DNA from: Eledone cirrhosa
Lineage: Eukaryota
Assembly (NCBI GenBank): GCA_964016885.1
Contig: OZ024747.1
Span: 54,498,001 to 54,562,000, forward strand
DNA: 64,000 nucleotides
Direction of reading: 5' to 3'
This document shows positions 59,501 through 64,000 of this stretch, one piece after another; the stretch's first letter is position 1; every line of letters starts with the position of its first letter. A program made the translations under genes and the position numbers. Under the pieces are notes generated by a model that worked only from the letters and a program-made list of their open reading frames with translations, made no database searches and was not told the origin of the DNA.

Positions 59501-60935
59501 ATACCACCACCAACAACACTACCACTACCAACACTACCACCAACAACACCACCACCAACAACACTACCACCAACAACACTACCACCAACAACACTACCAC
59601 CAACAACACTATCACCACCAACAATACCACCACCAACAACACTACCACCACCAACACTACCACCAACAACACCACCACCAACAACACCACCACCAACAAC
59701 ACTACCACCAACAACACTACCACCAACAACACTACCACCAACAACACTACCACCAACAACACCACCACCAACAACACTACCACCAACAACACCACCACCA
59801 ACAACACTACCACCAACAACACTACCACCAACAACACCACCACCAACAACACTACCACCAACAACACCACCACCAACAACACTACCACCAACAACACTAC
59901 CACCAACAACACTACCACCAACAACACTACCACCAACAACACTATCACCACCAACAATACCACCACCAACAACACTACCACCACCAACACTACCACCAAC
60001 AACACTACCACCAACAACACTACCACCAACAACACTACCAGTAACAACACTACCACCAACAACACTACCACCAACAACACTACCATCACCAACACCACCA
60101 CCAACAACACTACCACCAACAACACCACGACCAACAACACTACCACCAACAACACTACCACCAACAACACCACCACCAACAACACTACCACCAACAACAC
60201 TACCACCAACAACACTACCACCAACAACACTACCACCAACAACACTATCACCACCAACAATACCACCACCAACAACACTACCACCACCAACACTACCACC
60301 AACAACACTACCACCAACAACACTACCACCAACAACACTACCAGTAACAACACTACCACCAACAACACTACCACCAACAACACTACCATCACCAACACCA
60401 CCACCAACAACACCACCACCAACAACACCACGACCAACAACACTACCACCAACAACACTACCACCAACAACACCACCACCAACAACACTACCACCAACAA
60501 CACTACCACCAACAACACTACCACCAACAACACTACCACCAACAACACTATCACCACCAACAATACCACCACCAACAACACCACCACCAACAACACTACC
60601 ACCAACAACACCACCACCAACAACACTACCACCAACAACACTACCACCAACAACACTACCACCAACAACACTATCACCACCAACAATACCACCACCAACA
60701 ACACCACCACCAACAACACTACCACCAACAACCCTACCACCAACAACACTACCACCAACAACACTACCACTAACAACACCACCACCAACAACACTACCAC
60801 CACCAACACTACCACCAACAACACTATCACCACCAACAATACCACCACCAACAACACCACCACCACCAACACTACCACCATCAACACTACCACCAACAAC
60901 ACAACCACCACCAACACTACCACCAGCAACACTAC
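47560..60935. repeat. 13.4-kb satellite array, 15-bp unit ACCACCAACAACACT, with higher-order duplications
   Basis: Visible 15-bp period with 18-bp variants; rare variants recur at fixed spacings of 2334 bp and 2868 bp. Confidence 0.98.
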
Positions 60936-61373
60936 CAGGCCACCTCTACGTGGTCACTAGTCTGGCTCGCAGAACTAGTCATATCTTTTTCAAATCATGA
61001 AATATCGTTTAGTAAAATCGGTGACAACGAGGCTATAGTTTTAATGGTGAGGCTATGGTGGAACGGCTTTGTGTTTTTGTTGTCGATACATAAAATATAT
61101 GTGCAGAACTCTGGATGAGTCGTCATTTATAACTCTCATTATATCATACTTATCGCTTTCAGTCTTCCTCTGAATGATATTCACTGCGTGTAGTTCAGAA
61201 AATGGATAGCTTCGCTAGGTTTTTAAAGTCCGTCAAGTGTTTTGGATCCATATTAGGATATAGAGCGTCAAATTGACAGAATTATTAAAATCTCATATAG
61301 AATGTTTTGTTGCTGTCGTTTCGGCTCTTTGTATTTTTACTTTAATTTCTCCAGATGTTAATATTGCCTCTCA

Positions 61374-61768
61374 TTATTTCTAGGGTCGGACGCCTTGCTT
61401 GTAGAGGGTCGGACTGCTTGCTATGACGCATAGAGTGACAGTGCTTGTCATTCTGAGTTCAAATCCCGCCGAGGTTAACTTTGCCTTTCATCCTTACGGG
61501 GTCGATAAAGTAAAGTACCAGCAATGCACTGGGTTATTGCTGGCCTTGTGCCTAAAGTAGAAACAATTATTTCTAGGGTCGGACGCCTTGCTTGTAGAGG
61601 GTCGGACGCCTTGCTTATGACGCACATATTTACAGCCCTTACCATTCTGAGTTCAAATCCCGCCGAAGTTAACTTTGCCTTTCATGCTTACGGGGTTGAT
61701 AAAATAAAAGTACCAGTAATGTACTGAGTAATTTGCTGGCCTTGTGCCAATAGTAGAAGCAATTATTT
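61374..61768 (+). mobile_element. Tandem pair of 5'-rearranged Meta-type SINEs
   Basis: Both units start ttatttctagggtcggacgccttgcttgtagagggtcggac (61374, 61567) and contain the B box and central domain. Confidence 0.85.
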
Positions 61769-62414
61769 CGAGGTCGTTAAAGAAGGTACCAGTCCTGTAT
61801 TGAGTTCGTCTCAGCCATTATATTTCTTCCTGACATCCTCTCACTAGCTCTCACTTCGTCTTTGCATGAGACAATTCCACTGTTTTTAGAAATGGAAAGC
61901 AATTAACTCTGCCAGGTTTTAAAGCCAAAGACAGATCCTATATGACTACATCGCCCCTATGTCTGCATCAAGAGTTAGGGCTCATATATGCACCATGAAT
62001 ATTCGGGAATACAAAGTCATTTAATTAAGCTCCACTATTGACTGAACATGGACAGGGTGCCGTATGGCAGCCTAGTTGTTCACCAAGCAAGCCAGTCATG
62101 TCTCCAGTATAGTATACCCTGGATTGTGTATATCGGGATATATATAGTGTATACACGTGGACATAGAATGTGTTCAGAGTATACAAAATATATGCCTTAC
62201 AAAAATAACAATCGCACACCGTGACATAAATATTTGTTAGTGTGAATTCAAATATTGGCTGATATATACACTCAGAAGACAGCACATTAAGGCACACACA
62301 GGTCTTTATATTGGTATATATACATAAGTTCAATGTGTATATATATATATGTGTGTGTAATTGTGTGTATGAATGTGTTGATAAGCATTATGGACGTATA
62401 TATATATATTTATA

Positions 62415-62550
<136 letters not shown>

Positions 62551-63321
62551 CGTCATACCATGTGTAAAATAATTCATATATACGTCAGTATGAAATGCAT
62601 AATAAAATATTTTAACTACATTTATCATACACACTAATACGATTATATGAATAAATTTATTAAACACACAGTGGGGTGTATACATATCTACACTCATTGT
62701 GCATACATGCTGTCACAAACACGAAAATACATACATATGTTGTTCATAAACACATTAACGTACGCATACATATATACATTGGTTATTCATATACGCTGAC
62801 ACATTAAGTTGCATATGTACTCATACATACACACCGATATACATACACTCATTTAGACAGAATCATTTACATATACATACGCACACATAGACATACATAG
62901 AAAATAGATACATACATATATACATACATACATATATACTTACATATATAATACATGCATACATACATACATACATACATACATACATACATACATACAT
63001 ACATACATACATACATACATACATACATACGTAGATTCAGTGAATGACGCGTATATACACATACATGTTGGTCACGGAAATTTGTTATTTAAAACAGGCC
63101 CAAAATAATAACACATTAAAGTTGAAAGAATATGGATGTGGATATTAACGCATCCACCCACACACATGTGTATATATACCTAAATATGCCCATATATGTA
63201 TCTACATAGAACAACGCACAAATACATATAGATATATAGATATACACATACCAAGCGTGTACACATAGACATCATACACTTACATATATATACTTATATA
63301 TATATATATATATATATATGT

Positions 63322-63411
<90 letters not shown>

Positions 63412-64000
63412 AGATGCATGTGTACATACACACATACGCATATATAAATATATATATGTATATAGATGCACACATCCATACCGCTGTAGTATTCTTTTCA
63501 CATGCATGGAATACATTAAAAAAATAAGTGGGTGAAAAACCCAAACTAAACGAGAAAAAGTAACATAAAAACATTTACGTATGTAGAGTTGTGCAATCTA
63601 CGAGAATGCCAAAAGGCGGCCATATTTGTATGCGCATACAACACCCGTTCACACACACACATACAATCACATACAATCACATACAATCACAATCACATAC
63701 ACAGTCACACTCTCACACATATATGCCCAAACATACACTCATATATGCCCAAACACGACAAAAAATTGAAAGAAATATGCATCCCTCTCCCCCTAAAATA
63801 TTATTCCAACCTAAATAAAATAAATATAATATAAAAAAAAAAAACAATCAGTCTCTAGGAAGCTTTTATTTAGTCATAAAGCCAGAAGATATGATGATAG
63901 TTTATAGTATAGCCACCAAAATACGCCACGCTTCGAAGATTGCAAGCATTAAAGTTTCATGTTATATATGTGCCATTTTGGATCTCGGGTTTTCTGAATA

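Noticed and set aside
47538-60932. Huge minus-strand ORFs (up to 3774 aa of VVVLL / GGSVV)
   Set aside because: Antisense translation of a 15-bp satellite that lacks stop codons in these frames; no domain content.

Overview
Eukaryotic, AT-rich, microsatellite-saturated non-genic DNA. The SINE types and repeat landscape suggest an octopus/cephalopod genome (inference). I could not support any host protein-coding gene; almost all ORF-track entries are simple-repeat artefacts. Mobile elements: a near full-length, young L1/Tx1-type LINE (24811-30498, minus) inside a (GATA)n tract, a decayed Penelope-like element resembling the Naiad clade (about 1185-3440), a non-autonomous Helitron (39002-39861), two mariner 5' fragments and many tRNA-derived SINEs. 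Tandem arrays include a 13.4-kb 15-bp satellite (47560-60935). The most striking unexplained structure is a dense population of short, non-coding fold-back (inverted-repeat) elements sitting in (TA)n tracts. Most of their arms carry type I hammerhead ribozyme motifs pointing outward, from several unrelated families. One family shows stem I covariation. In every pair one arm has an extra 3' tail and the other stops at or near (TA)n. They look like mobilised Penelope pLTR/retrozyme-like units. All structures were folded by eye and coordinates of degenerate elements are approximate.
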